Of a stretch of 64,000 nt of DNA, positions 20,945 through 30,949 are shown one piece after another. Location: NCBI GenBank assembly GCA_012840015.1, contig DUMF01000017.1, positions 16,376-80,375 of the forward strand, in the 5' to 3' direction. The notes under the pieces were generated by a model, which was not told where the DNA came from, made no database searches, and was given only the letters and a program-made list of their open reading frames with translations. Origin of the DNA: Bacillota bacterium. Lineage in GTDB: Bacteria > Bacillota > Sulfobacillia > DUMF01. The stretch's first letter is position 1, and every line of letters begins with the position of its first letter. Position numbers and translations under genes: made by a program.

Positions 20945-22141
20945 TTGAAGATCCTAGTTCTCAATTGCGGCAGCTCATCGGTAAAGTATCAACTGCTGGA
21001 CATGGTTACGGAAAGGGTTATGGCCAAAGGTCTCGTGGAGAGAGTCGGGTCCAAGGATGCTTCGTTCCGGCACGAAAAGGGTAATCAGAAGCTCCAGTTC
21101 AACATGGACGTACCCGACCACAAAGTGGCCATCGCCAAGCTATTGGAGTTGCTCACCGACCCGCAGTGGGGAGTGCTGAAGAGCGTAAAGGAGATAGATG
21201 GCGTTGGTCACAGGGTGGTACACGGAGGGGAGAAATTCGCTTGTTCGGTAAAGTTATCGCCTGATGTACGAAAGACGCTCGAGGAATGCTGCAAGTACGC
21301 GCCACTTCACAACCCTGCCAACCTCTTGGGTATTCAGGCAATTGACGAGCTGTTGCCTGAAGTGACGCAAGTGGGTGTATTCGACACCGCTTTCCATCAG
21401 ACAATGCCGCGAAAGGCGTATTTGTATGCGATTCCCTACAAATTCTATGAGGAAAACGGAATACGTCGCTACGGTTTTCACGGGACGTCCCACCGTTACG
21501 TGTCGCAACGGGTGGCCGAGCTCATGGGTCGGGACATCAAAACGCTTAAAATAGTGACTTGCCACCTTGGTAATGGCGCAAGCATAGCCGCTGTTTCGGG
21601 GGGAAAGTCGATTGACACCAGTATGGGGTTCACTCCTCTCGAAGGGCTCGTGATGGGTACTCGTAGCGGAGATCTGGATCCTGCGATCTTGGTGGCGCTT
21701 GGAAGCGAGTACGGTTATTCGTTTTCCGATATCGACAACTTGTTGAACAAGAAAAGTGGATTGCTGGGGCTGTCGGGGCTTTCTAACGACATGAGAGATA
21801 TCGAAGCTGGAATGGAGAACGGGCACGAGGGTGCCACACGGGCTTTTGAGGTATTTACCTACAGAATCATCAAATACATCGGGTCTTACGCTGCCGCGAT
21901 GAATGGAATAGATGCCATCGTTTTTACGGGTGGCATCGGTGAGAATTCAGCCAAAGTAAGAGAATGGGTTCTCAAAGGATTGACGTATTTGGGCTTGGAA
22001 CTGGATGAAGCGCTAAATCGAAGCCCGGAAAAGGAAAAGCTCATTACCAAACCGGGTTCGAAAGTTCAGGCCTGGGTCGTTCCGACGAACGAAGAGCTGG
22101 TTATAGCCAGGGACACGCTGGCTTTGATAAACGAGAAATAA
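20945..22141 (+). CDS. ackA: Acetate kinase
   Basis: The N-terminal MKILVLNCGSSSVKYQL ASKHA-fold signature and the 398-aa length are typical. Confidence 0.9.
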   Translation: MKILVLNCGSSSVKYQLLDMVTERVMAKGLVERVGSKDASFRHEKGNQKLQFNMDVPDHKVAIAKLLELLTDPQWGVLKSVKEIDGVGHRVVHGGEKFACSVKLSPDVRKTLEECCKYAPLHNPANLLGIQAIDELLPEVTQVGVFDTAFHQTMPRKAYLYAIPYKFYEENGIRRYGFHGTSHRYVSQRVAELMGRDIKTLKIVTCHLGNGASIAAVSGGKSIDTSMGFTPLEGLVMGTRSGDLDPAILVALGSEYGYSFSDIDNLLNKKSGLLGLSGLSNDMRDIEAGMENGHEGATRAFEVFTYRIIKYIGSYAAAMNGIDAIVFTGGIGENSAKVREWVLKGLTYLGLELDEALNRSPEKEKLITKPGSKVQAWVVPTNEELVIARDTLALINEK

Positions 22142-22163
22142 AAGTTAAATGGAGGTCGGCCAG

Positions 22164-22754
22164 ATGAAGGAAGGAGAAACTATCCCGGTAGGAGTATCAG
22201 CTAGGCACATCCACGTTACGCAGGAAGACCTCGAGACCTTATTTGGCCCCGGGTACAAGCTGACGAAGCGAAACGATTTAAGTCAGCCTGGTCAGTATGC
22301 AGCTAACGAGTGTGTGGCGTTTGTAGGACCCAAGGGTAAGTTCGATAACGTGCGGATTTTAGGTCCCGTCAGGAGCAAAACCCAGATCGAGCTTTCTGCT
22401 ACCGACGCGAGAAAGCTCGGCGTGGACCCGCCGGTTAGAGACTCCGGCGATGTTGCCGGCAGTCCTGGACTTACTGTAATCGGGCCGAAAGGCAAGCTGG
22501 ATCTCAAAGAGGGAGTGATCCTGGCCAAGAGGCACATACATGCTACGCCAGAAGATGCCGCACGAGTAGGGCTGAAAGACAAGGATATCGTCGCTGTCAA
22601 GGTACTCAAGGGGAACAGGAAAATGATCATGGGAGACGTACTTGTCAGGGTTCGACCTGATTTCAAATGGGAGATGCACGTGGACACGGATGAGGCCAAT
22701 GCGGCTGGGCTGGCCCAGGGGGATGTAGTTGAGATTTGTGAGTGGAAACCGTGA
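22164..22754 (+). CDS. pduL: PduL-type phosphate acyltransferase (phosphotransacetylase/propanoyltransferase)
   Basis: The two PduL repeat motifs …GVSARHIHVT… and …AKRHIHATPEDA… are present. ATG at 22164 has a GGAGG RBS. It lies immediately downstream of ackA. Confidence 0.7.
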   Translation: MKEGETIPVGVSARHIHVTQEDLETLFGPGYKLTKRNDLSQPGQYAANECVAFVGPKGKFDNVRILGPVRSKTQIELSATDARKLGVDPPVRDSGDVAGSPGLTVIGPKGKLDLKEGVILAKRHIHATPEDAARVGLKDKDIVAVKVLKGNRKMIMGDVLVRVRPDFKWEMHVDTDEANAAGLAQGDVVEICEWKP

Positions 22755-22810
22755 GTAAGGGGCACACGACATTAGCGCCGGAGCGGATACTGAGACGAAA
22801 CGGATAGCAC

Positions 22811-22842
22811 CTAAGGGGCCCGCCGAGTTGGGCCCCTTTACG
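22811..22842 (+). terminator. Intrinsic terminator after pduL
   Basis: GGGGCCCgccgagttGGGCCCC stem-loop followed by TTTACGTT. Confidence 0.5.
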
Positions 22843-22936
22843 TTGCGATCGCTTCATTAACTGTTAGAATATAGATTAGGCGGGTATCCTCAGGACAAGG
22901 CTGGAGAACAATAGTAGAAATGGAGGTGATATTCAT

Positions 22937-24034
22937 TTGAACAAGAAACTACAAAAAGTATTCACTGCCATCGGCTTCATTCTAGGGTGCCTGGCCGGCT
23001 TCTACTCGATTGCACCTGCGACTCGTTTGCTAGGTAGAACTCTTCTGCTATGGCAGCAGGGGTTGTGGCTTCTGGCTGCCGGGCTTCTCTTGGCTGCCGT
23101 GGCTTATTGGTTGAGCCCCAAGTGTGTTTCTACTATATCCTCAGGGATACACTGGCTGGAGGCACGCCTTCAGAGGGCCTCTGTACAAGAGATCGTCGCT
23201 GGGACTATCGGGCTCATCTTCGGCCTCATAATAGGTAATCTTATCGGCCAGCCCATGGCGCGAATGCCGTTGGTGGGGACCTATATTCCAGCACTGACCA
23301 CGTTGTTTTTCGGATACCTTGGAGCGACGGTAGGCCAGAAAAAGCGCGACGAGATCCTGGCCATGTTCAATTTCTTGCCCAAACTGGGACCGCGAGAGAA
23401 ACAGCCGTCCAAAAGTCAGTTATCAAAACCGAAAATCCTGGATACCAGCGTAATTATAGACGGACGCATCGCGGATATATGCGTAACGGGGTTCATGGAA
23501 GGCCCCCTGATAGTTCCGGGGTTCGTGCTTGAGGAGCTGCGCCATATAGCTGATTCGTCTGATACTCTCAAACGTAATAGAGGACGACGTGGCCTTGAAG
23601 TGCTGAACCGTATGCAGAAAGAACTCAACACCTCCGTGCACATATACGAGAAGGACGTGCCGGGTGCGGAAGAAGTTGATTCTAAGCTCGTCAAGCTCGC
23701 CAAGGGACTCAACGGAGTAATAGTGACTAACGACTTCAACCTCAACAAAGTTGCCGAATTGCAGGGCATGAAGGTACTAAATATCAATGAACTGGCCAAC
23801 GCTTTGAAACCGGTTGTGCTGCCCGGCGAAGAGATGGCAGTACATGTGATCAAAGACGGAAAAGAAGCAGGACAGGGTATTGGCTATTTGGATGATGGTA
23901 CGATGATAGTAGTGGACGGCGGAAAAAGGTATATCGGAGAGACCATTTTGGTTATGGTCACCAGCGTGTTGCAGACCGCAGCAGGCAGGATGATCTTCGC
24001 GAAGCCAAAGGCAATGGAGAAGGTGGCACCTTGA
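22937..24034 (+). CDS. PIN and TRAM domain membrane protein (YacL-like)
   Basis: N-terminal TM helices, a central PIN-like region (…[12 protein letters not shown]…) and a C-terminal TRAM-like region. This is the conserved position upstream of ispD. Confidence 0.65.
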   Translation: MNKKLQKVFTAIGFILGCLAGFYSIAPATRLLGRTLLLWQQGLWLLAAGLLLAAVAYWLSPKCVSTISSGIHWLEARLQRASVQEIVAGTIGLIFGLIIGNLIGQPMARMPLVGTYIPALTTLFFGYLGATVGQKKRDEILAMFNFLPKLGPREKQPSKSQLSKPKILDTSVIIDGRIADICVTGFMEGPLIVPGFVLEELRHIADSSDTLKRNRGRRGLEVLNRMQKELNTSVHIYEKDVPGAEEVDSKLVKLAKGLNGVIVTNDFNLNKVAELQGMKVLNINELANALKPVVLPGEEMAVHVIKDGKEAGQGIGYLDDGTMIVVDGGKRYIGETILVMVTSVLQTAAGRMIFAKPKAMEKVAP

Positions 24035-25251
24035 ACAAACCTAAAGCATCCGGCGTGATCCTCGCTGCAGGTGTCGGCAAGAGGATGGGCGCAAGGAAGC
24101 AGTTCCTGTACCTCGGTGGGAAGCCGCTAATCGCGTATTCTTTGCATTCCTTTGACCAGTGCGCAGCCATCGACGAAATAATACTCGTATGCCAACCAGA
24201 GGACATCTACCAGGTGCAATTCACCGTCAACAGAATGGGTTTATCCAAATTGAAAAAGGTGGTTGTCGGAGGAGACACTCGACACGCTTCATCAAGAAAC
24301 GGAGTCCGTGCTGTAAAGCCGGAGGCGGAGTTCATCGCGATTCATGATGCCGCAAGGCCGCTTGTTTCACCAGAGCTGATAGAAAGGCTGATCATGGAAG
24401 CGGAGAAAAGCGGTGCGGTAGTGCCCGGACTTCCTTTGAAGGATACCGTGAAATTTGTTACCCAGAACGATTTCGTCTTTACGACCCCCCGCAGGGAGTC
24501 TTTGCGCTCGATACAGACGCCGCAGGTTTTCAGGGCTTCGTTGATCAAGAAGGCCTTTGAGATGGCTGAGGAGAGAGGTTGGACGAGTAGCGATGATGCC
24601 TCCATGGTGGAGAAGATGGGAGCAAGCGTGAAGGTAATCAGTGGTGAAGAGGATAACATAAAAATCACCACGCCAGAGGATCTAGATTACCTCGAATTCA
24701 GGTTGCGGAAGGAACTCAACAGAATGCCGAGGTGCGAAACTCAGGTAAGAGTAGGCCTCGGGTTTGACGTCCACAGGCTTGGGGAAGGCAGAAAGCTGGT
24801 ACTCGGTGGGGTGGAGATACCGGCTGGCAAGGGCCTCATAGGCCACTCGGACGGCGACGTAGTTTGCCATGCTCTCATGGATGCCATGCTTGGTGCTGCT
24901 GGCATGAAGGATATAGGCCAGCTATTTCCCAACGACGATCCAGCCTACAAGGATGCTTACAGCCTGGAATTGGTGAGCCAGGTGGCTTCCAAGCTGGCAC
25001 AAAAAGGTTACTCTCTTGATTATGCCGACATGACCATTCTGGCCGAGGAGCCTGCTCTGGCCCCTCATTACGATGAGATGCAGAAGCGTCTGGCATCTGC
25101 AGTTGGGGTAAGCCCTGACCAGATAAGCGTGAAGGCCACCACCTCGGAAGGGATGGGTTTCGTTGGCAGAGGAGAGGGCATGTGCTGCTGGTGCGTGGCC
25201 GGCATACGGTTCAGCCAAGGGGAGAAGGGATGGGACGTTGAGAGTATTTAA
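24031..25251 (+). CDS. ispDF: Bifunctional 2-C-methyl-D-erythritol 4-phosphate cytidylyltransferase / 2-C-methyl-D-erythritol 2,4-cyclodiphosphate synthase (IspDF)
   Basis: An N-terminal IspD ([11 protein letters not shown]…) and a C-terminal IspF (…GLGFDVHRL…[15 protein letters not shown]…) in one 406-aa frame. Confidence 0.85.
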   Translation: MNKPKASGVILAAGVGKRMGARKQFLYLGGKPLIAYSLHSFDQCAAIDEIILVCQPEDIYQVQFTVNRMGLSKLKKVVVGGDTRHASSRNGVRAVKPEAEFIAIHDAARPLVSPELIERLIMEAEKSGAVVPGLPLKDTVKFVTQNDFVFTTPRRESLRSIQTPQVFRASLIKKAFEMAEERGWTSSDDASMVEKMGASVKVISGEEDNIKITTPEDLDYLEFRLRKELNRMPRCETQVRVGLGFDVHRLGEGRKLVLGGVEIPAGKGLIGHSDGDVVCHALMDAMLGAAGMKDIGQLFPNDDPAYKDAYSLELVSQVASKLAQKGYSLDYADMTILAEEPALAPHYDEMQKRLASAVGVSPDQISVKATTSEGMGFVGRGEGMCCWCVAGIRFSQGEKGWDVESI

Positions 25252-26716
25252 CACCCTTACCGGGCGAAAAGAAGAGTTCACTCCGGGAGAGCGCGGCTTA
25301 GTCAAAATATATGTCTGCGGAATTACCCCGTACGCGCCCAGCCACATTGGTCATGCTAGGCCGGCGGTGTTCTGGGACGTTGTCCGGCGTTATCTCGAGT
25401 ATGTGGGTTATACGGTGCGAGCGATCCAGAACTTCACCGACATCGACGACAAGATAATTGCTGCTTCCGCTTCAGAGGGGTTGCCTCCCCTCGAGCTGGC
25501 AGATAAGTATGCCAGACAATATTTGAATGAAATCTCGGAGCTGGGAGTAAAGCCCATGCAGCTGTATCCGAAGGCCAGCGAGCACGTTGGGGAAATCATC
25601 ACGATGATAGAGACGCTCATAGCCAAAGGCCACGCCTATGAGGTAGGTGGAGATGTCTATTTCTCGGTGAAGAGTTTCGAGGAGTACGGCAAGCTCTCTC
25701 ACAGGACGCTGGAAGAGATGAAGCCTGGGGCTCGCGTCGAAATCAACGAGATGAAGGAGCACCCGATGGACTTTGCGCTGTGGAAAGCTGCCAAGCCGGG
25801 CGAACCCAGCTGGCCGAGCCCGTGGGGGAATGGTAGGCCCGGCTGGCACATCGAATGCTCTGCAATGTCTGCCAAGTACCTCGGCCTCAGTTTCGACATG
25901 CATGGGGGCGGCACCGAACTGATATTTCCTCATCACGAGAATGAGATCGCCCAGTCTGAAGCTTTCAGCGGCGTCAAGCCCATGGTCAGGTATTGGGTGC
26001 ATAACGAACTGGTGAACATCCGTGGAGAGAAAATGTCAAAGTCCCTGGGTAACGTGATCACGATACGGGAAATGCTGAACAAGTTCCCGGCGCGCGCGAT
26101 AAGGCTGTTTCTCCTTTCGGCGCATTATCGCACACCGCTGAATTTCTCGGAGGAAGGCATGGAGGCAGCCATCAGAGGATGCGAAAGGCTGCAGACAGCT
26201 CTCGACAACCTCGGAGCCTTCTGCCGCGATTCTAAACCAGAGCCCGGAGGAAGCGTTCTCGAGCCTCTCGAGGATGCTTATGAGAAGGCGCAGCTCACTT
26301 TCCACGAGTCCATGCAGGACGATTTCAATACGCCCGGGGCTATAGCGGCTGTATTCGACCTTGTTCGAGAGTTAAACGCCCACCAGGAATGGCTGGCATC
26401 TCATCCCGCGAGTGCCGCCAATTACCTCGATGGGTTAGCGCGGATGGTATCCGTGCTCGGTATAGCGGATGACCCACGGAAAGCTCAAGGCGGCGCGGGG
26501 GACAGCGCCCTCGTGGGGGAGTTGGTTAACCTCACTCTCGAGTTGCGCCAGAAGGCTCGACAGGAAAAGGACTGGGCTACGTCCGACGCAGTCAGAGCGA
26601 GGCTTGGTAAATTGGGGATCCTGGTGGAAGATGGTCCCACAGGTACCAAGTGGAAGAGAATCAACCCGGATGGCGGTGACGTACGTGCAAGTGGAGCTAC
26701 TCGAATACACGCCTAA
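25238..26716 (+). CDS. cysS: Cysteine--tRNA ligase
   Basis: Class I aaRS HIGH motif (…APSHIGHAR…) and KMSKS (EKMSKSLGN). A TTG start at 25238 with an upstream GGGAGAAGGGATGGG RBS gives the canonical N-terminus [14 protein letters not shown]. It overlaps the ispDF 3' end. Confidence 0.85.
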   Translation: MRVFNTLTGRKEEFTPGERGLVKIYVCGITPYAPSHIGHARPAVFWDVVRRYLEYVGYTVRAIQNFTDIDDKIIAASASEGLPPLELADKYARQYLNEISELGVKPMQLYPKASEHVGEIITMIETLIAKGHAYEVGGDVYFSVKSFEEYGKLSHRTLEEMKPGARVEINEMKEHPMDFALWKAAKPGEPSWPSPWGNGRPGWHIECSAMSAKYLGLSFDMHGGGTELIFPHHENEIAQSEAFSGVKPMVRYWVHNELVNIRGEKMSKSLGNVITIREMLNKFPARAIRLFLLSAHYRTPLNFSEEGMEAAIRGCERLQTALDNLGAFCRDSKPEPGGSVLEPLEDAYEKAQLTFHESMQDDFNTPGAIAAVFDLVRELNAHQEWLASHPASAANYLDGLARMVSVLGIADDPRKAQGGAGDSALVGELVNLTLELRQKARQEKDWATSDAVRARLGKLGILVEDGPTGTKWKRINPDGGDVRASGATRIHA

Positions 26717-27386
26717 CCCCGAGACCACCGTGGCGATGGCTGCGCGGCTTTGCTACTCCAGCTCGGACATATCTCAGCTCGCGGCGGGCATGTCACAGGA
26801 GGAAGCTTCAAGGTTGATACGCATGCTTTACCGCATGGGGCACCTTTCTCCATTCGAACATGCCAGCTTCACCTTCGGCATTTCAGGAGTCAGCAGGGCG
26901 ATGAGCCATCAGCTGGTAAGGCACAGGATCGCGTCTTATTCTCAGAAGTCGCAGCGGTACGTGGCGGAGCGCGGCTTCCAGTATGTGCTCCCGCCTTCGA
27001 TTCGCAATAATGAGGAAGCCCGCCGACTGTTTGCGGCAGAGATGGCTGCAATAGAGCAGACATACTCGCGATTGGTTGAGGCCGGTATACCTCGCGAAGA
27101 TGCTAGGTACGTGCTACCGAACGCCTGCGAGACGCAGCTGGTCGCGACGTTCAATGCGAGGAGCCTCCTCAACTTTTTCCGCCTCAGGTGTTGCACCCGT
27201 GCGCAATGGGAGATACGTGCGGTAGCTAACAAGATGCTCCTACTCGTGAGAAAAGTGGCTCCTACGATATTCGAGAAAGCCGGTCCATCCTGCATCAGTG
27301 AAGGAGTCTGTCACGAAGGTAAGATGAGTTGCGGACGTATCGAACGACTACGGAGAACCGGCCGCGCGGGGCTGGGATCTCTCTGA
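26670..27386 (+). CDS. thyX: FAD-dependent thymidylate synthase ThyX
   Basis: ThyX motif RHRIASYSQKSQRY (RHRx7S). ATG at 26670 gives the N-terminus MAVTYVQVELLEYTPNPE. It overlaps the cysS 3' end by about 47 nt. Confidence 0.8.
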   Translation: MAVTYVQVELLEYTPNPETTVAMAARLCYSSSDISQLAAGMSQEEASRLIRMLYRMGHLSPFEHASFTFGISGVSRAMSHQLVRHRIASYSQKSQRYVAERGFQYVLPPSIRNNEEARRLFAAEMAAIEQTYSRLVEAGIPREDARYVLPNACETQLVATFNARSLLNFFRLRCCTRAQWEIRAVANKMLLLVRKVAPTIFEKAGPSCISEGVCHEGKMSCGRIERLRRTGRAGLGSL

Positions 27387-27387
27387 G

Positions 27388-28185
27388 ATGGGCGAAAGGA
27401 TTATCTGGGGCAGGAACGCAGTACGGGAAGCTATTTCGGCTGGGAAGCGGGTCACAGAAGTCATCGTGTTGAGAGAAGCTGCCGACGGCCATGGCGTGAT
27501 TGCAGAGATGGTCAGGGCAGCGTCGGCCGCCGGCACCAGGGTGAGGAAGGTAGGCCGCGAAAGTCTCGACGATATGGTTCGTGAAGTCTCGCGCAGAGAA
27601 AACGTTCATGTAAAGGCGAGCGCACACCAGGGGATCGTGGCCATCGTGGAGGAAAGCAAGCCCATTAGTTTGACGGAGCTTCTCGAGTGGGTCAAGGGAC
27701 GACCGCAGGGGTATCAGGCATTTGGGGTAGCGGTTGACTCCTTGCAAGATCCTCGTAATCTCGGAGCGATCATGCGAACCGCCGATGCCGTTGGCGTAGA
27801 CTTCGTACTGCTTCCATCACGGCGCTGTGTAGGTATCACGGCCACCGTAGTGAAAGCTTCAGCAGGAGGTGCCGAGCATGTGCGGGCAGTAGAGGTGGTG
27901 AACCTCAAGCAAGCCTTGCTCGAGCTGAAGGAAGCTGGGTTTTGGGTGATGGGCCTCGACGCAAGTGCCCGCTTGTCTATTTGGGAAGCTGATTTTAGAG
28001 TACCGCTCGTGCTGGTAATCGGAGGTGAAAGCAAGGGCCTTTCTCGCATCGTAGGAGAAAAATGCGATCAGCTGATCAAGATCCCGATGTTTGGTCACGT
28101 GAATTCGTTAAACGCATCAGTAGCTGCAGCGGTGGCGATGTACGAAGTGCTTCGCCAACGTTGCAGCGCAGAAGCTTGTACTTGA
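27388..28185 (+). CDS. rlmB: 23S rRNA (guanosine-2'-O)-methyltransferase RlmB / TrmH-family (YacO-like)
   Basis: SpoU/TrmH methyltransferase motifs (…LVIGGESKGLS…). Conserved position between cysS and sigH. Confidence 0.75.
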   Translation: MGERIIWGRNAVREAISAGKRVTEVIVLREAADGHGVIAEMVRAASAAGTRVRKVGRESLDDMVREVSRRENVHVKASAHQGIVAIVEESKPISLTELLEWVKGRPQGYQAFGVAVDSLQDPRNLGAIMRTADAVGVDFVLLPSRRCVGITATVVKASAGGAEHVRAVEVVNLKQALLELKEAGFWVMGLDASARLSIWEADFRVPLVLVIGGESKGLSRIVGEKCDQLIKIPMFGHVNSLNASVAAAVAMYEVLRQRCSAEACT

Positions 28186-28210
28186 TACAAGCACAGCATA
28201 ATATTATAAT
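28182..28210 (+). promoter_or_regulatory. Sigma-A-type promoter for sigH (TTGATA-17 nt-TATAAT)
   Basis: Near-consensus -35 at 28182-28187 and -10 at 28205-28210 with a 17-nt spacer. It overlaps the rlmB 3' end. Confidence 0.5.
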
Positions 28211-28256
28211 TCTGGTTGTAGTTCCTTCACGCCAGGCCCACGGGAGGGAAAGCCTC

Positions 28257-28961
28257 GTGAAAATATCTCCCCCGCAGGAAGTCGACCGCGAGTATGGAGA
28301 AATGGGCGATGAGCAGATAGTCCAAGCCGCGAGAGACGGAGATCCAGTAGCACTGGAACATCTCATGAACAAGTACAGGAATTTCGTAAGAGCTAAGGCT
28401 AAGTCGTACTTTTTGATCGGTGCGGACAGGGAAGATATTGTTCAGGAAGGCATGATAGGCCTCTACAAGGCGATTAGAGACTTCAGGGATGATAAGCTTT
28501 CGTCTTTCAGGGCGTTTGCGGAGTTATGCATCACAAGGCAGATAATTACAGCGATTAAGACTGCTACCAGGCAAAAACACATTCCTCTGAACTCTTACAT
28601 ATCTCTCAACAAGCCCATCTACGACGAGGATTCGGATCGTACTCTCTTAGATGTTATATCTGGTACCAAAGTGACGGATCCGGAGGAATTGGTCATAAAT
28701 GACGAAGACTTCGGGGATATCGAAGAAAAAATGGGGGAAATACTGAGTGATTTAGAATGGCAGGTCCTAACTGCGTATCTGGACGGCAAGTCGTACCAGC
28801 AAATAGCAGCCGAATTGGATAGGCACGTGAAGTCGATTGATAACGCTTTACAGCGAGTCAAGCGTAAGCTGGAAAAATATCTAGAGCAGCGTAAGAAGGA
28901 AACCACGCGCGCACTTCGATGCAAACTTCGTAGGGTTTACGTACAGCGTGCTCATTCCTGA
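28257..28961 (+). CDS. sigH: RNA polymerase sigma-H factor
   Basis: Near-identity of long stretches to the B. subtilis SigH core as I remember it (…KYRNFVRAKAKSYFLIGADREDIVQEGMIGLYKAIRDF…AFAELCITRQIITAIKTATRQKHIPLNSY…). GTG at 28257 has a GGGAGGG RBS; ATG at 28302 is an alternative start. Confidence 0.8.
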   Translation: MKISPPQEVDREYGEMGDEQIVQAARDGDPVALEHLMNKYRNFVRAKAKSYFLIGADREDIVQEGMIGLYKAIRDFRDDKLSSFRAFAELCITRQIITAIKTATRQKHIPLNSYISLNKPIYDEDSDRTLLDVISGTKVTDPEELVINDEDFGDIEEKMGEILSDLEWQVLTAYLDGKSYQQIAAELDRHVKSIDNALQRVKRKLEKYLEQRKKETTRALRCKLRRVYVQRAHS

Positions 28962-28983
28962 GATAGGCATTTATAGAACAGAG

Positions 28984-29036
28984 GTGTTACCACGGTGCTG
29001 TTGAATGTAGAAGCGAACCGTGGTAACATGTTTTTG
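28984..29036 (+). terminator. Intrinsic terminator after sigH
   Basis: GTTACCACGG…CCGTGGTAAC 10-bp stem followed by ATGTTTTT. Confidence 0.55.
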
Positions 29037-29058
29037 CGTGGAACGCTTTGACATCTGA

Positions 29059-29133
29059 GCTGGCGTAGCTCAACGGCAGAGCAGCTGATTTGTAATCAGC
29101 AGGTTGTCGGTTCGAGCCCGACCGCCAGCTCCA
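29059..29133 (+). tRNA. tRNA-Thr (anticodon UGU)
   Basis: GCTGGCGTAGCTCAACGGCAGAGCAGCTGATTTGTAATCAGCAGGTTGTCGGTTCGAGCCCGACCGCCAGCTCCA. The 7-bp acceptor stem and 5-bp anticodon stem flank the loop TTTGTAA. The T-arm is GGTTCGAGCCC. Confidence 0.85.
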
Positions 29134-29205
29134 TTGTTTTGCCTGCTAAACGACTTTATGCATCTAACATTTATACCCGAGCATAGCTGAGTTGCTAATG
29201 TTTTG

Positions 29206-30378
29206 CTAATGTACTCGCCCCGAACCGTTTTCGTCGGGGAAGAGAATATGGTCTAGTGAGGTCGCAGCCTGCTCTTGTAGGCCCGGCAGGACATGGGAAT
29301 AAGTGTCGAGAGTTAAGTTTATCTGGGAGTGCCCGAGGCGTTCGGACACAACCTTTGGGTTTACGCCCGCCTGCAGCAGCAAGCTCGCGTGGGTATGGCG
29401 GAGGTCGTAAAAGCGGATATCCGGGAGACCTGCAGCTTTGAGCACAGCCTTGAATTTGCGGGTAAGATTCCTGGCGCTTATCGGCGTGCCATTTGCGGTG
29501 CAGAACACGAATCCATTGTCTTCCCGATAAAAGGGGCGTTCCCGGTTCTGCTGCGCCTTGTGCTTGAGCAAGACCTCGGCTATTCCCTGTGAGATTGCAA
29601 CCTGCCGGCGGCTTTTCGATGTCTTCGTACCCTGTACCAGCAGTTGGCCTTTCCGCTTCTGTAAAGTTTGACGCACCGATATGGTTAAGTTGTCGAAATT
29701 GACATCCTCCCACCTTAATCCCAACAATTCGGACTGCCTCATACCGGTGGCGAGAGCCAAGAGGAAGAGCGCATATAGCCTATCTCCTTCCAGGGCACGC
29801 AAGAGCAGCACTGCTTGTTCGGAAGTCAAGCTTCTCATTTCTTTCTGCTCCATACTTGGAGGATCGGCAGCTTCGGCCGCGTTGTACGGGACTATCCTCC
29901 ACTTGACGGCCGTCCTGAGGGCCTTATGCAGAATGCGATGGTGGTACAGTACCGATCTCGCGGAAAGCCCTCCCGGCTTGCCGTCCTTTCTCCCGGACTG
30001 AAGGGCCCGGAGGTAATACTCTTGGAGGTGGGTCGGGGAGAGCCTGGCTATTGGGATTCTCCCCAAGGCAGGGATAAGATGTTGTTCGATGATTTGCGTG
30101 TAACTCTCCAGAGTCCGAGGGCCCACCTTGGGCTTAGCGTACTTTTCCAGCCATATTCTCAGATACTCTGCCATGGTAAGCTTGCCGGGGTCGGCCGGCA
30201 GCCCAGCTTCAAGCTCCGTGATCTTCTTGGCCAGGAATCGTTCAGCCTCGCGCTTGTTACCGTGGACGGTATACCATTTATACTTCTGCTTCCCCGTCAA
30301 CTCATCGCGGCCGAGGTAGATCACGACGGAATATGACTTTTCGCTACGTTTACGGATGTGGCCTTTCAACGGTGTCAC
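29206..30378 (-). CDS. int: Tyrosine-type site-specific integrase (phage integrase family)
   Basis: An N-terminal SAM-like/arm-binding region and a C-terminal catalytic domain with conserved R…HxxR…Y residues (…LRHTHASLLLQAGVNPKVVSERLGHSQINLTLDTYSHV…). Confidence 0.85.
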   Translation of the reverse strand: MTPLKGHIRKRSEKSYSVVIYLGRDELTGKQKYKWYTVHGNKREAERFLAKKITELEAGLPADPGKLTMAEYLRIWLEKYAKPKVGPRTLESYTQIIEQHLIPALGRIPIARLSPTHLQEYYLRALQSGRKDGKPGGLSARSVLYHHRILHKALRTAVKWRIVPYNAAEAADPPSMEQKEMRSLTSEQAVLLLRALEGDRLYALFLLALATGMRQSELLGLRWEDVNFDNLTISVRQTLQKRKGQLLVQGTKTSKSRRQVAISQGIAEVLLKHKAQQNRERPFYREDNGFVFCTANGTPISARNLTRKFKAVLKAAGLPDIRFYDLRHTHASLLLQAGVNPKVVSERLGHSQINLTLDTYSHVLPGLQEQAATSLDHILFPDENGSGRVH

Positions 30379-30499
30379 CTTTTTACTGCCGCTTTACAAC
30401 CTCAGGGACAAGCCACCAGTCAGCCAATACGAGCTCTTGGAACCCGATTGTAATAGTCCGTATGGCCTAACCCTAAACCGATCACAGTAGTCGGATGGC

Positions 30500-30949
30500 T
30501 TATTTCAGCACCAATTGTGCATTCAACGGAGTTGGCTCCATGATGCGAACGCCTTCAATCTGATCGAATCGAAGCAAATCGTCCTTGTCATATGTATAAA
30601 AGCACTGCGCCCCATAAACTATTGCTGTTGCGAGATGGATGGCGTCTGGTGGCTTAAGTTTGTACTCTCTAGCCAGCTTTCGAGCCTTAATTGCGATTCT
30701 ACGATCCAATACTACAACCCGAAGCCAGGAATGCTCAAAAAATGCATCGATTCTCTGCAATTGTTCATCGATCATGCTGTTGCCGCGGCATGCTTCGGCC
30801 AAGGTCAATACTGAAGAGAGAGCTCTGATTTGGCCCGCTTCTGCTTCTCTTAGAACGGCTTGGCAATCTTCTACTCGCCCATTTTCACCTTTGAAATAGG
30901 CTAGGAAGACACTAGTGTCAAGGTAAATCAGCGGTGGTTCACCACTCAT
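30500..30949 (-). CDS. PIN-domain ribonuclease (VapC-like toxin)
   Basis: Conserved acidic PIN residues are present (IYLDTSVF…; TLAEA…; PPDAIHLATA…; YTYDKD). Length 149 aa. Confidence 0.65.
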   Translation of the reverse strand: MSGEPPLIYLDTSVFLAYFKGENGRVEDCQAVLREAEAGQIRALSSVLTLAEACRGNSMIDEQLQRIDAFFEHSWLRVVVLDRRIAIKARKLAREYKLKPPDAIHLATAIVYGAQCFYTYDKDDLLRFDQIEGVRIMEPTPLNAQLVLK

